Source: Glaucostegus cemiculus
Lineage: Eukaryota
Length of the DNA: 47,692 nucleotides
Assembly: GCA_976551045.1 (NCBI GenBank)
Contig: CDPCPM010000059.1
Coordinates: forward strand, 9,114,001 to 9,161,692
Direction of reading: 5' to 3'
Shown here: positions 1 to 12,892 of the stretch, piece after piece
Position numbering within the stretch: the stretch's first letter is position 1
Layout: each line of letters opens with the position of its first letter
Position numbers and translations under genes: made by a program
The notes under the pieces: model-generated
Seen by the model: the letters and a program-made list of their open reading frames with translations, nothing else
The model's database searches: none
Told to the model about the DNA's origin: nothing

Positions 1-1810
1 AGCAATATCGTCCTGAAGTCTACTACAATGCTCTTCTCAATTAACCATACTCCTTGCTTTTATGTTTTTCTACAAATAATGACAACAGGTAATGAAAGGT
101 CACAGTTAGGCATAGTAGAGCTGAAAGCTTAGAAAAAAATAAGAGAACCCTTTATATTAATCTTATGAACAAGTGGATGAAAATGTTATACAAGCTCAGA
201 AAATGACCCACCAGGAGGCATGCTAGATGAACACACATTGCAAACAAATATCTGCACTAAGTGGAGAAAGAGACAAAACATGCGGGTGTGACATTTAATC
301 ATCAAACTAAAGGATATTTAAGGTATTAAGGTTAATAATTGTATATCATGTTCACGTGGGGCCTCCTGTTAATATTGAAATGTAAAGTCCAGTAGTTCTG
401 AGATTTGTGGACAGCTCAGAATTGACCAATGAAGAACCTTTGTTTACAAGTAAGGAGTTTAGTCATGAGTGAAACTAATGGAAAGGTGAGGAATAGTAAT
501 GCACACATTAGAAGAGATGTTTAGAATTGTGCAATTTTACGGCTGTTCTTGAGACCACAGAATTCCCATATTAGCAAATAAATCTGAGAAATCATCTCTT
601 ATTCTCGTGGGAACTCCCACATTTAGTCATTATTGGGTGTTTGAATGTTCATTGTGCAATTATGAGTCACCTTGGCTGTTTTCCCCTAGTTTTTCCATCA
701 TTATTATTCCTATTGTACTATTGTGCTTATTGTACTCTAACTGAGGCAGCTTACAACATTTTAACAATCCTGTATTCTTTCCACAACTACCTTGTCTATC
801 AATTCATATCAACCAAACACCTCCACTAAAATAAAGAGTATCTTCCCATTTTCTGACTGAAAGATATGGATTGATCTGTATGCTCTTCATTTTGCACCTC
901 ATACAATTTATTCCATTCTGCATAATGGATAACTGGATGTGCCTTTACTTATTCTCTTAGTTCTACAAAGAAGATCCATTAAAATGATAGCAAAAAACTG
1001 AAGTTAGCAATAAAAACCCAGAAGATGCTAATCAGGTCAACTGGTCAGAAGAGACAAACAAAGCTGCAATTTTAAGTCAATAACCTTCCATCAAAAGTAA
1101 GTTTAAAAATGTATTTGGAAGGAGATGCCTTCCAAATTCTTTCAGAACACACAACGATTGTCAAGGTGGTAATCAGCAAACCGTGGGCCAGCAACTTGAT
1201 AAGAAGCTGACATAGCCCATTAAAGCTGACAATTGAAAATAACTCCAAATATAATTTTATGACATGTAAAGAAGGAATTATATTGCTTGTGCCGAGAATC
1301 AGACTTAAATTAAGCTCAAGTTGTACCCAACGATCCATCACTTGTCTTGTAGAGAGAAAAAAACATTAACATATATGAAAGCATGATGCTTCAATTGATC
1401 TGAAAATTCCAAGAGGAAGATTTGAGGACTGTTCAGTGACTATTTTGTTGAGATACATGTGCACATGCCTCTAGCTTCCACCTCCTCAAAGAAACTGTTT
1501 CTCAGTATGTTGAAATAAAACAGCAAGTGCTATGTGTACGTTATTTCACAGCAAAAGGCATGAGCACGTGACCTTGTTTTCAGCATGATTTAACAACTGA
1601 TGGTTCCAAAAGCCAGAAATAAAAACTAAGAAATAGAGTTATGCCTGTTATGTTCTGCAAACTGAAGATCACCATGGACTCCTTTGAGTCTATATGTCTA
1701 CAAATACTCTACCTGAGCTGCTGTCCAAATTCTGATTTCAGCAAAGTCTAATTATGATGGATTCCAGATCTAGTGTTGTTAAGTTGTTCACAGTAAGAAT
1801 CAAATATAGT

Positions 1811-1834
1811 TTATTGTTATTATTATTATTATTA
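1811..1834. repeat. (TTA)n microsatellite
   Basis: ttattgttattattattattatta read directly. Confidence 0.85.
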
Positions 1835-1904
1835 ACCCTTTTAACCTGGGCCATAATGCAAATAATTGAAACTAGTCCAGTTATAAATATCAGTTCACAA
1901 ATGT

Positions 1905-2272
1905 TTATTTTGATGACATAAGGAAAAAGAGTGTGGTAAAATCTTTTCCCCAGTTTGGAGGAGTCCAAAACTAGGGGGCATGGATTTAGTGAGGGGCAAA
2001 AAATTTAAAAGGGAGCTGAGGGGCAACTTTTTCACGGAGAGGGTGGTTATGAAATGAGCTGCCAGAGGAAGTGGTTGAGGCAGTTGCAATAGTATAATTT
2101 AAGAAGCACTTGAATTGGTACATGGAGGGCAAGGGCCTGGATGGATATGGGCTGAACTAAGGAAGTTGGGACCAGGTAGCAGGACAACATGGTTGGCATG
2201 GACTCTTTGAGCTGAAGGGCTTGTATCAGTGCTGTATTGCTCTATGACTCTCTGTGCCTCTATGATTCTGTA
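1905..2272 (+). mobile_element. CR1/HER1-type LINE 3' fragment (decayed)
   Basis: aaaactagggggcat (KTRGH motif), ttttcacggagagggtggt, 3' stem-loop-like gctgaagggcttgtatcagtgctgta and 8-bp tail repeats (ctatgact/ctatgatt); homologous to the 3' end of the intact CR1 at 10059-12892. Confidence 0.85.
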
Positions 2273-2309
2273 TGGTACATGAGTGAATTTCACCTCAAGT
2301 CCACTGCTA

Positions 2310-2600
2310 GTTGATCGTCTCTTCACTCATCTACACATACCTGGAACATATTCTCATCGTCCTCTCCCCTACCAATCCTGTCATTTCATCCATTCCCTCA
2401 TCACTTCAGTTAACCCCAGTAACCCGATCATCTGTTCAAACCCCCTCACAGTCCTCTCTCAATCTAATCTCCACTCCCCTACACCACTTTGCAGTTTTCC
2501 TTCCACAATCTCACTTCAAACCCTCTTGCTTTTCTCTAATGATAATCCCACTCATTACCAATCCACTGCCAAACACATTTCCTCCATGATCTCCACTCTC
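2310..2600. repeat. C/T-rich low-complexity tract
   Basis: Very G-poor pyrimidine-skewed stretch; explains the spurious overlapping ORFs 2283-2696 and 2311-2589. Confidence 0.55.
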
Positions 2601-4591
2601 AAAAATCACAGTGGAAAGATATTTGTGCGTAATACCATGAAAAGGGACTATTCAACCATGCACAATGCCCGAGGTCTTATTATAGTAAGATATTAGAACT
2701 TGGGGTACCAAACAGCCAGAGACTCATATGGACCACATCTTAAATGTGTGTTTTCATGTACTGAAGAATGTTTTACTCTTTATCTTTTCAACTTGAGCAC
2801 AGATTTTGTTACAAATTTCACTCAGGATTATCCAAGTCTAAACAACGAACTGTCATGTTCATATTTATAATCAAACATATTTTCTTTTTGCTGTCCATGA
2901 GATCTCCCATGAACAGTACACTTAAATATAGTTTAGCACAAAAAATTTAATTTATACATCTAAACATGTAATTTGGTACTGTTATTGCACAGGGTCTTGT
3001 TGATCATTGGTAGTTGCTCTGATCTGAATCATCAGCATCCAGCTGTTGAAAGCCAAGCCATACCCAGACTTCGCCACATGCATTGTGGAACACAGAAGTC
3101 CAGGACATAGCGATTCAGAAGGTCAAACATGTTAGTTTGTGCTGCCATTTCCGTATAAATAGACACCAGTATAGACCCTAGTCTTGCAGATATTCCCCAG
3201 CATTATGTTGAGAAATCAGCATTTGGACCCTGCCCAGGTCAAATCTAATAGATGTAACTTGACTTCAATTAGCCTTTAGGATAAATACTGAGAAGGAGAA
3301 GAAAATTGGTATTTTTAAAATTATATTGTTTTTCACTTCTGTTTTCATATGGCTATTTATGTTTTCAAATGTTTTACTTAATTTATATTAATACATTTTT
3401 AATTTTTAAATGTAATTCATTTTATTTTTAAAATAGTTTAAATGACTCTGAATATTGGAAATATTTCAAGACTATTAAAATAACTTACAATTTTTACAAC
3501 TAGCAAATCTTCTTCACTGTGCTGCTGGGGCCTTGTAGTTGTCCAGATAGTATCACTGAACTCTAGCATGTGGAGGTCTGTGATATTGGTCCTCCACATG
3601 TGGACAAGGTCAATGAAAGCATGAGCATTCAAAAAATGGTGATTTAAAGTGAGGGAACCACGTCAGAATGATATGGGTATTAATACAGTTGAAATGGGTT
3701 TTATTCCAAACAATATTCACATTTAAATATATTGCTGGTCCCTTAAAGGATGAAACTGAGGAATTAATAACAGGATATAAAAAAGGGCAGAGATTCTAAA
3801 TATTTATTTTGGAATGTTCTTCATGATGGACACTAAAAATATTCCAATAATAATAGATAATCAAGTAGCAATCGAATGAAGATCTAGACAAATTACCATG
3901 GCTAATGGTCAACAAATCCCCTGGACCTGAAGGTCCTCATCCAAGAGTCTTAAAAGAAATGGCTGCAGAGATTGTGGATAAACTGGATGTAACCTACCAA
4001 AACTCTCTACGTTTTGAATACGTCCACGAGGTCTGAAAAACTGGCCACTGTTCAAGAAAGGAAGGAGACAGAAAGCAGGAAACTATAGGCAAGTTAGCCT
4101 AACATCTGCAATTGGGAAAATGGTGGAATCCATTATTATGGAGGTAAAGCAGGATATTTAGAAAATGATAAAATAATCAAGCACAGTCAATGAAAGGGAA
4201 ATTATGTTTGAGAAATTTGCTAAGAGTTCTGGGAGGAGATAACAAACAGAATGGATTTAACCAAACTTGTAGATATAGCCAATTTGGATTTCTATGAGGC
4301 ATTTTGTATGTTGCCATATTAAATTTATTATTCAAGATAGGAACAGATAAGGTTGGGGTAATATATTTGTGTGGACAGGGGACCGACTAACTAAGAGGAA
4401 ACAAAATTGGAATAAGTGGATCATTTTCAGATTGGCAATCAGTAACAAGGTGGGTGGCACAGGGAGAGCTGGGCTTCAACTATATGTAAGCTGATGAAGG
4501 GACCTAGTGTACTGTAACCAAATTTGTTGGTGACACTAAAATAGTGGCTTAGCAAGTTGTAATCGGAATAGAAAGCACCTGCAAAGGGATA

Positions 4592-5092
4592 GAGTAAGAG
4601 GTCGTATAGCACAGAAATGGACCATTCAGCCCACTGCATCAATGCTAACAGTTTTGTCCATCTACACCAATCCCATTTGCCTGCATCAGGTCCATATCCT
4701 TTTACACCCTGCCTCTTCAAGTGCAGTCTAAATATCACTTCAATGTAGTGATTATATCTGACTCCACCCCCTTCTCTGGCAGCACATTCCAGATATCAAC
4801 CACTCTTTGTATTAAAAACTTTCCCATCAGATCCCCTTTAAAACTCCCACCTCTCACCTGAAACCAATGCCCTCTTGTGTTTGGTACCCCAACCATGGGA
4901 AGAAGATTCTGATTATCTACGCTATCAATGCCTCTAATAACTTTATATACCTCTGTCAGGTCACCCCTCAGTCTCCATTGTTCTAGGAAGAACAAGCTCA
5001 GCCTATTCAATCTCTTCCAATAACAAAGTCCTCCAATCCAGGCAACATCTTGCTGATTTGCCTCTGCACCCTCTCCAGCTCAATTACATATT
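4592..5092 (-). mobile_element. CR1/HER1 LINE 3' fragment nested in the older CR1
   Basis: ORF-track peptides LRGDLTEVYKVIRGID...NTRGH...FLIQRVVDIWNVLP and LERVQRQISKMLPGLE are CR1 ORF2 C-terminal motifs. Confidence 0.88.
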
Positions 5093-5179
5093 TTATAGAT
5101 AAGGATAGATTATGTGAGTGGGCAGAAATTTGGAATGTAATATGGAAAAATGTAAGATCATCCACTTTGGAAGGAAGAA

Positions 5180-5272
5180 TGAACATGGAACATAGATACC
5201 TACTGCACAATTCAGGCCCTTTGGCCCACAAAGCTTTCCCGAACATGTCCCCACACTATTAGGCTTACCCAT
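5180..5272 (-). mobile_element. Very short CR1 3'-terminal fragment
   Basis: gaacatggaacatag tail plus caggccctttggcccac stem-loop (reverse complement), interrupting the host CR1. Confidence 0.65.
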
Positions 5273-5756
5273 AGAAACAAATTATTATTTAAATGGAGTG
5301 AGACTACAAAATATTGTGGTACAAAGGGATCTATAGATCCCAGTATACGAAACAAGAAAGTTAACCTGCAGGTACAAGCATTTAGTAAGGCTAAATGAAT
5401 TTTGTACTTTATCATAAGAGTTATGGAGTATAAAGTAGGGAAGTTTTGATACAACTTAACATGAAGCTGCATCCAGAGTACTGCATCCAGTTTTAGTCTC
5501 CATATTTAAGGAAGACTGTACCAGCATTAGAGGCAAAACAAGAAAGTTTCACTCTGTTGGTTCCTAAGTGAATGGATCGATGTATGAAGAAAGGTTGAGG
5601 AGGGTGAGCCTATACTCCTTGGAAAAGAAAATGAAAAGCAAGCTTATTGAAACATGTAAGATTTCAAGCAGGAAAATTTAACAAATTTGTTAATTTTTTA
5701 TATAATAAATAAAAAACTATGTTAAATTTAACAAATTCATTAAAGCAGGAGCCTTT

Positions 5757-6840
5757 AACAAAATGCTGGGGGAAGCCAATTGCTTGAGGAACTCAGCCAG
5801 TCAAGCAAGATCTGCAGAAGCAAAGGGTGATGTTCCAGGTTGTGACCCTGTATCAGGACTGAGGGAAGGTGGCTGGTATAAAGAGATGAGAGGGAGGGGT
5901 GAGACAGGGGCTGGTAGGTTATAAGTGGAATCAGGTGAGGCAGGAAATGATGGGTTGATAGTGTCATGGTTCCGAGTGCTGGCCTCGATTCAGCTCCATT
6001 GATGGTGTCTTGTTGTACAGCACATGGATTCTTGGTAGTGCATGGCACTACCAATTGCATAATAACACACACCTGAGCCCCATCAGGAGACTAGTATAAG
6101 AACCCTGGTTTCACTAGCACTAGTTGCCAAAGTATTGGTCAACCTTTGGGTATACTTTGTCTTCTGGCTGCTTAGAGCTGGCAACTTTAGAGCAGTCCTG
6201 GTTTTGCTATTCCTCTTAGGATATCCATTTTCTATGTCAGGACTCTGCCTCAAAGCCCTGAGGCAAGATTCCTTCTGGTTGCTGCCTGTATTTGGTTCTG
6301 AGGGAGCATCCTGACTTATACCAGTGAGCTGCATATGAGTTCTGTGAGCTTGTTCTTTGCTTGATGTTGTGACAGAGCCAGATGGGATAGTGATGGGGAA
6401 AATAGAGAGACAAAGGCTGGTGGGTGATAGGTAGTGACAGAGATAAAGCACAATGGGAAGTTCAAGCCAGGTAGTGGGAGGAGAGGGAGACAGTGGAGAT
6501 AAAGGCTAGAATGTGATGAGTAAACCAGATAAGAAAGGGATGATGAGCAGGTGAAACCAGCTGGGGTAGAGGATGGGGAAAGTAAGCCAATGGAGAAGAA
6601 ATCCAGATGGATAGGTGCATGGGTGATGGGCACATGGGAAAGGTGGACAGGTAGGAGTGGGAAAGGAACCCTGGGGGTGAAGGTTACCTGAAACTGGAAG
6701 GTTCAATGTTTTTACCATTGGGTTGCAGCTACCCAAATGGAATATGTGGTGTTGTTCTTCTGGTTTACATTTAGACTCACTGTGGCAATGGACAAGGTGA
6801 AAGATAGACAGGTCAGTGTGGGAATAGGAAGAGGACATTT
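5757..6840 (-). mobile_element. Penelope-like element 3' fragment (pLTR plus GIY-YIG C-terminus), interrupted by a solo LTR
   Basis: Peptide EEQHHIFHLGSCNP resembles the PLE endonuclease C-terminus. pLTR with decayed hammerhead-like core at about 5830-5862; homologous to 26903-27700. Confidence 0.8.
5962..6374 (+). mobile_element. Solo LTR (Gypsy-like), copy 1
   Basis: Starts TGTCA and ends TGACA; acacacctg followed by TATA-like gtataag; colinear with 16385-16772; target-site duplication not recognisable. Confidence 0.75.
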
Positions 6841-6987
6841 CTCCCAGAGAATGTATTTAAAATTAGGAGTTATAGTTTCAGAATAAAGGTCATCTATTGG
6901 AAAGGGAGATAAGGAGGTGCTTCTTCTCTCAGGGCTGTGACTCATTGGAATTTTCTACCTGAGGAAGCTATGGCTATGGAGTCATTC

Positions 6988-7706
6988 AACATAAGAATAT
7001 AAGTAGGAGCAGGTATTCAAACCTGTTCTGCCATTCAATAAAATCATGGCTGATCTGGTCATGGACTCAGATCCACCTACCTGCCTTTTCCCCCATAACC
7101 CTTAATTCCCCAGCTATGCAAAATTTGATCTGTGTCTTAACTATATTTACTGAAGTAGCTTCTACTGCTTCCCTGGGGAGAAAAATCCACAGAACCACTA
7201 CTCTCTGGGGGGGAAAAGCAGTTTCTCCTCATCTCCATCCTAAATCTACTTCCCCCAAATCGTGAGGCCATGTCCCCTTGCTCTAGTCTCACCAGCCAGT
7301 GGAAACAACCTTCCTGCCTCTATCTTATAAAATATTATGAAAGGGATAGATGTTTCTATAAGACCCCCTCTCATTCTTCTGAATTCCAGTGAGTATAGTC
7401 CCAGGTGACTTAATCTCTCCTCGTAGTCTAACCCCCTCATCTCCAGAATCAACCTCCTGGTGAATCTCCTCCAAAGCAAGTATATCTTTCCTCGAGTAAG
7501 GAGACCAGAACTGCACGTAGTGCTCCAGGTGCAGGCTCACCAGTACCCTGTACAGTTGCAGCATAATCTCCTTGCTCTTAAATTGAATCCCTCCAGCAAT
7601 GAAGGCCAACATTCCATTTGCTGCCTTCTGTTGCATCTGCAAACCATCCCTTTGTGATTCATGCACAAGCACTCCCAAGTCCCTCTGCACAACAGCATGC
7701 TGCAAT
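6988..7706 (-). mobile_element. CR1 LINE 3' fragment nested in the older CR1
   Basis: Peptides QRDLGVLVH, LYRVLVSLHLEHYVQFWSP, LGLYSLEFRRMRG; aacataagaa tail. Confidence 0.9.
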
Positions 7707-8864
7707 CATCAAGGCAGTTAAATAAGATGTCTAAACTACAAAGACGTCAAAGGGTATAGAGACACAGCAGAAAGTGGATCTGAGGCCAAGACTTAATCAT
7801 TGATGACCCTATTACTGATAAGTCTTAGTCTTGAACTTACTTAACTTTTTTCCTTTGACTCCTGCCTCTTTTCCTTATGTTGTTAGATGCTTAATCATAG
7901 CGCTTCATGTATTTTCTACATTTTTCAGATTTATAGAAGTGGATATTGTTTGAAATAACAGCACAATAGCAATAAATTGCAATTAAAAATTCTTCAAAAG
8001 AATGTTTTACCATTAGCTCAGATTAATAAATAAAAGCAATGCAGGTTAACCCACTTAATGATTGCTTGGAGCTTGCACACTGGTTCACCACCAAAATGAC
8101 TTTGCTATTGGACATGACCTTACAGTACACATAACAGTTTACTATTTGCATCATTAGCTTCTGAGTAAATGAAGGGAAAAAAAGGACATGTGCTTTAAAA
8201 ATGTGTCTACTATACTTGTGCCTAAAAGGAAAATCAGCCGAATTGTAAGGGTCTACTCAAGGACCAAGAAATAGATATAATCAGCCAGAATGCAGCTAAT
8301 GAAATTTGAAATTGAAATAACATAGCATGGCCAGTTTCAGGCAAAATGTACTGAAACACTATCATAAGGAAACAAAAGCCACTGCCTGCCTGTATTTTAA
8401 TCTTTTAGTGGCCTTATATAACTTAATCTTCCCATTGCTAAAATGATACTGTATACCATGTGTAAGTATGGGCAGTGATATCACATGCCTAACAATAGTA
8501 TATATTACTTATTTTCTAACCTCCAATGTAATTAGCTGCATCTTGATTCCCAATTAGCCATATATGGCTTGTAGTTAATGTACTGAACAGCGTTACACTA
8601 GCTGACTGCCTACTAACCTACTATGCAGCACTGTTTTAAGGGACTCCCTGAGGAGATAAAACCTAAGTTTATAATGTTTTTCAGTGCATTTTGCTGAAAT
8701 TGGTCATTTCAGCTGAAATAAAAGTGCTATAGTTTCTAACACAAATTATGTCTAGTATAAATTGAGTTTCCAAGATCTTCTGCATTAAGAACAGCTGAGC
8801 TAAAAGTTGGTCCCTTCCAACTATATTGACCATTACCCCAGTGTGAATTAATAACCTTTACATC

Positions 8865-9018
8865 CAGCCCATCACCAGTGGACGTGCCTTCAGCCACTTA
8901 GGCCTTTAGCTCTGGAATTCCCTTCCTAAACATTTAAACTTCTCTACCTCCTCTCCATGAAGAAATTCCTCACAACATATCTGACTGAATGTTTATTCAC
9001 CTGTCGTAATGTCTCCCA
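8865..9018 (+). mobile_element. L2-type LINE 3' remnant
   Basis: gccttcagccacttaggcctttagctctggaattcccttcc (AFS..P.LWNSLP motif); similar weaker remnant at about 16075-16280. Confidence 0.6.
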
Positions 9019-9266
9019 ACAACCTTGTATTAGGGAAATCAGAAATTGTTAAAATATTGGCGAAGACTCCAGAAATCATGAATGTTGAGCCTAGAGGGGG
9101 ATTTCAATTTTGACTGAATCTCAGTCAAGGTCATCAAAATATTTTGTATTTGGTCAGCTCTATCTGGAGAATGACATACTTCTCAAAATCATTCAAAAGC
9201 TTGTTGAATAATTGTGCAACAGGGCATGGTTCATTACATTGGATCAGATATCTTAAATAATTTAAT

Positions 9267-9706
9267 TTTCTTTCTTTCTTTCTTTTTCAATCTTTTTATT
9301 GAATACAAATCAATACATGTTAATATATATAACAACATTGTTTACACATGTATTATAGAGATATCAGGTAACAATCATAGGTAATCATTTAAAAAAAAGC
9401 AATAAAGTATGATATATATAAAAGAAATAGTTCTAACAATCTCTTGGTTCATAAGTATAATGTAAAAGATAGGAAAGAAAAAGATTTGTTATATAATTAG
9501 AAAAAAAACCAAAAAAAATCCCAAATCAATAAAAAAAATTATAACAATACAAAGTAAATTGAACTGAAAATTATTTTAAAAAAAGGAAAAACAAAACAAA
9601 AAAAAACTGGGCTAAAATTTTCAATAGAAACAGAGCAATATAATGTCGTCAACTCCGTTCCTCTGAATTAAAAAAAAGTTATAGAAGGGGAAACTACATC
9701 ATGTGA
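9267..9706 (-). mobile_element. Probable L1/Tx1-type LINE 3' UTR and tail
   Basis: Minus strand ends in aataaaaagattgaaaaagaaagaaag (polyA signal plus A-rich tail), preceded by a long T-rich UTR; almost no ORF is left, so the clade call is inferred. Confidence 0.45.
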
Positions 9707-9956
9707 ATTTAAATTTTTTAATTTTAAATTTTATTTACAGCGTGGTAACAGGCCCTTCTGGCCCAACGAGTCCGCGCCGCCCATTGTAAACCCCCTGCCC
9801 GTACATCTTTAGAATGTGGGAGGAAACCAGAGCACCCGGAGGAAACCCACGCAGACACGGGAGAACGTACAAACTCCTTACAGTCAGCGACAGGAATCGA
9901 ACCCCGATCGCTGGCGCTGTAACAACGTCGCGCTAACCGCTACGCAATCATGCCGC
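9707..9956 (-). mobile_element. tRNA-derived V-SINE (HE1-like), young copy
   Basis: Minus strand has A box gtagcggttagc, B box ggttcgattcc, V domain gtgtctgcgtgggtttcctccgggtgctctggtttcctcccac and a CR1/HER1-like 3' end gggccagaagggcctgtt; CpG-rich; possible TSD tgaa. Confidence 0.9.
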
Positions 9957-10058
9957 TGAAAATCTTGAGGACTGCTATAAATTGATAGATGTCTGACCAG
10001 TACAAGTCCTTTCCAGGTTACAAATGATCTACTTATGTACAGCCTGTACCGTATATAT

Positions 10059-12892
10059 GAACAAGAACAATAGAACAATAGAACAATACAGCACAGAACA
10101 GGCCCTTCGGCCCATCAAGCTGTGCCATCCTACAAACATCTCCCAAACTAACTCTTTCCACCCTCATATCCTACTATTCCACATTCTTCCATGTGCTTAT
10201 CTAACAATCTCTTAAACCTGTCCAACGTATCTACCTCCACTACCACCCCAGGCAGTGCATTCCATGCACCAACCACTCTCTGGGTGAAAAACTTCCCTCT
10301 GACGTCTCCCCTATACTTTTCACCTATTATCTTAAAGGCATGCCCTCTCGTCTTGAGCATCTGCGCTCTGGGAAAGAGGCGCTGACTATTAACTCTATCT
10401 ATTCCTCTCAATATCTTAAACACCTCTATCAAGTCCCCTCTCATCCTCCTCCTCTCTAATGAGTAGAGCCCTAACACCTTAAGCCTCTCTTTATATTCCA
10501 TACCCTCCAATCCAGGCATCATCCTGGTAAAACGCCTCTGCACCCTCTCCAACGCCTCCACATCCTTCCTATAATGCGGCGACCAAAACTGAACACAATA
10601 TTCCAAGTGCGGCCTAACTAGAGTTTTGTAAAGCAGCATCATCACCTCTCTGCTCTTGAACTCAATCCCTTTATTTATAAAAGCCAACATCCCATAAGCC
10701 TTCTTAACAGCCCTATCCACCTGCGAGGCAACTTTGAGCGAACTGTGGATATGAACCCCCAGATCCCTCTGCTCCTCTACACTGCCAAGAACTTTACCAT
10801 TTACCTTATACTCTGTCCTGGAGTTTGTCCTCCCAAAGTGCACCACCTCACACTTCTCCGGATTAAACTCCATCTGCCACCTGTCAGCCCATTTCTGCAT
10901 CCTATCAATATCCCCATGTAAGCTCCTACAGTCCTCCACACTATCTACCACACCACCGATCTTGGTGTCATCTGCAAACTTACCAACCCATCCCTCCACT
11001 CCTTCATCCAAATCATCTATGAATATAACAAAGAGTAGAGGCCCCAGAACCGATCCCTGCGGGACTCCACTAGTCACAGCCCTCCAATCCGAGGGCACTC
11101 CCTCCACCATAACCCTCTGCCTTCTACAGGAAAGCCAATTTCTTATCCACACAGCCAACCTCCCCTGGATACCTCGACCTCTGACCTTCTGAAGAAGCCT
11201 GCCATGAGGAACCTTATCGAACGCCTTACTAAAATCCATATACACTACATCCACCGCCCTGCCCTCATCAAGCTTCCTCGTCACCTCCTCAAAGAACTCT
11301 ATCAGGCTCGTGAGGCAAGATCTTCCCTTCACAAAGCCATGCTGACTGTCCCTAATCAGTCCATGACTCTCCAAGTGCTCATAGATCCTGTCCCTCAAAA
11401 TCCTTTCCAACAGCTTACCTACCACAGACGTGAGGCTCACCGGTCTGTAATTTCCCGGACTATCTCTACTGCCCTTCTTAAACAAGGGAACAATATCCGC
11501 TACTCGCCAATCCTCCGGCACCATCCCCGTGGACAACGAGGACTCAAAGATCCTCACCAGCGGATCAACAATCTCCTCCCTCGCCTCCCGAAGCAGCCTG
11601 GGGAATATTCCATCGGGACCCGGAGACTTATCAGTCTTGATACTACTTAACAATTTCATCACCTCCTCCCTCTCTATAGCTACATACTCAAGAATATTAC
11701 CCTTGTCAGCACTCACTGTCACATCATCAAGGCCCCTCTCCTTGGTGAATACAGAGGAGAAGTATTCATTAAGTACCTCCCCTACCTCTGCCGCCTCCAG
11801 GCACATCCTCCCACCTTTGTCCTTAATAGGCCCTACCTTTACCCTAGTCATCCTTCTGCCCTTCACATAAGAGAAAAAAGCCTTGGGATTTTCCTTAACC
11901 CTACGAGCCAACATCTTTTCATGTCCCCTTCTAGCTCTCCTCAGCTCTTTCTTAAGTTCCCTTCTCACTATACTATACTCCTCACGGGCCACATCAGAGC
12001 CTTGCCGCTTACACCTTACGTAAGCCTCCTTCTTCCTCCTAACCAGTCTTTCTACCTCTCTTGTCACCCACGGTTCCTTCACTATTCCATTCTTCCTCCG
12101 TCTTGCCGGAACATATCTGTCCCCAACATCCTGTAAAACATCCCTGAACAACGTCCACATCTCTACAGTACACATCCCCTCAAAAAGGACTTCCCAATTT
12201 ACACTCCCAAGCTCTTTCCTTATAGCCTCATAGTCTGCCCTACCCCAATTGAATATCTTCCTACGCTCCCTGCACTTATGCCTGTCCATGACAATTCTAA
12301 AGCTTATCGAGGAATGATCACTGTCTCCCAGAGGCTCACCCACTAGTAGATCTCTCACCTGTCCCGGTTCATTTCCTAAGACCAGATCCAACACAGCATT
12401 CCCTCTAGTCGGTTTGTCAACATACTGCTCCAGAAATCCATCCTGGACACACTTAACAAACTCATTCCCATCCAAACCTCTGGCACTGAGCATGTCCCAG
12501 TCTATATTCGGGAAGTTGAAATCACCCATTATTACAACCCTATTATCTTTGCTTCTGTCCAAGCACTGCCTGCCAATCTGCTCCTCTATATCCCTACTGC
12601 TACCTGGGGGCCTATAGTATACTCCCAGCAGCGTAACCACACTTTTCCTATTCCTCACTTCCACCCACACCGACTCGAAAGAGGATCCTTCCGCAAACTC
12701 AGCCCTTTCCGCAGCCGTAACATCATCTCTGACCAATATCGCCACCCCTCCTCCTCTTCTCCCCCCCTCCCTATCCTTTTTAAAACACTGAAAACCAGGA
12801 ATGTTCAATACCCACTCCTGCCCTGACGACAGCCACGTCTCAGTTATGGCTACAATATCATAATCCCCCATACCTATCCAAGCCCTCAATTC
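10059..12892 (-). mobile_element. Young CR1/HER1-type LINE, 5'-truncated at the start of ORF2
   Basis: Uninterrupted ORF2, short 3' UTR with gggccgaagggcctgttctgtgctgta and (tattgttc)n tail; no ORF1 and no TSD. Confidence 0.96.

Larger units (their letters stand above)
3735..7880 (+). mobile_element. Old CR1 LINE ORF2/3' region, split into several pieces by nested insertions
   Basis: Decayed ORF2 motifs in order: aaatcccctggacctga (KSPGPD), ctgttcaagaaagga and ggaaactataggc (LFKKG, GNYR), ttggatttctatgaggcatt (LDF..AF). Sequence resumes at about 5095, 5273, 6841 and 7707 after each insertion. Confidence 0.8.

Noticed and set aside
1012-1098. Possible very old pLTR remnant
   Set aside because: Similarity to 13402-13490 is too weak to support by eye.
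10191-12617. Plus-strand ORFs of 64-148 aa overlapping the CR1
   Set aside because: Antisense shadows of the GC-richer LINE ORF2 with no independent motifs. The same applies to the minus-strand ORFs within 17962-19039.
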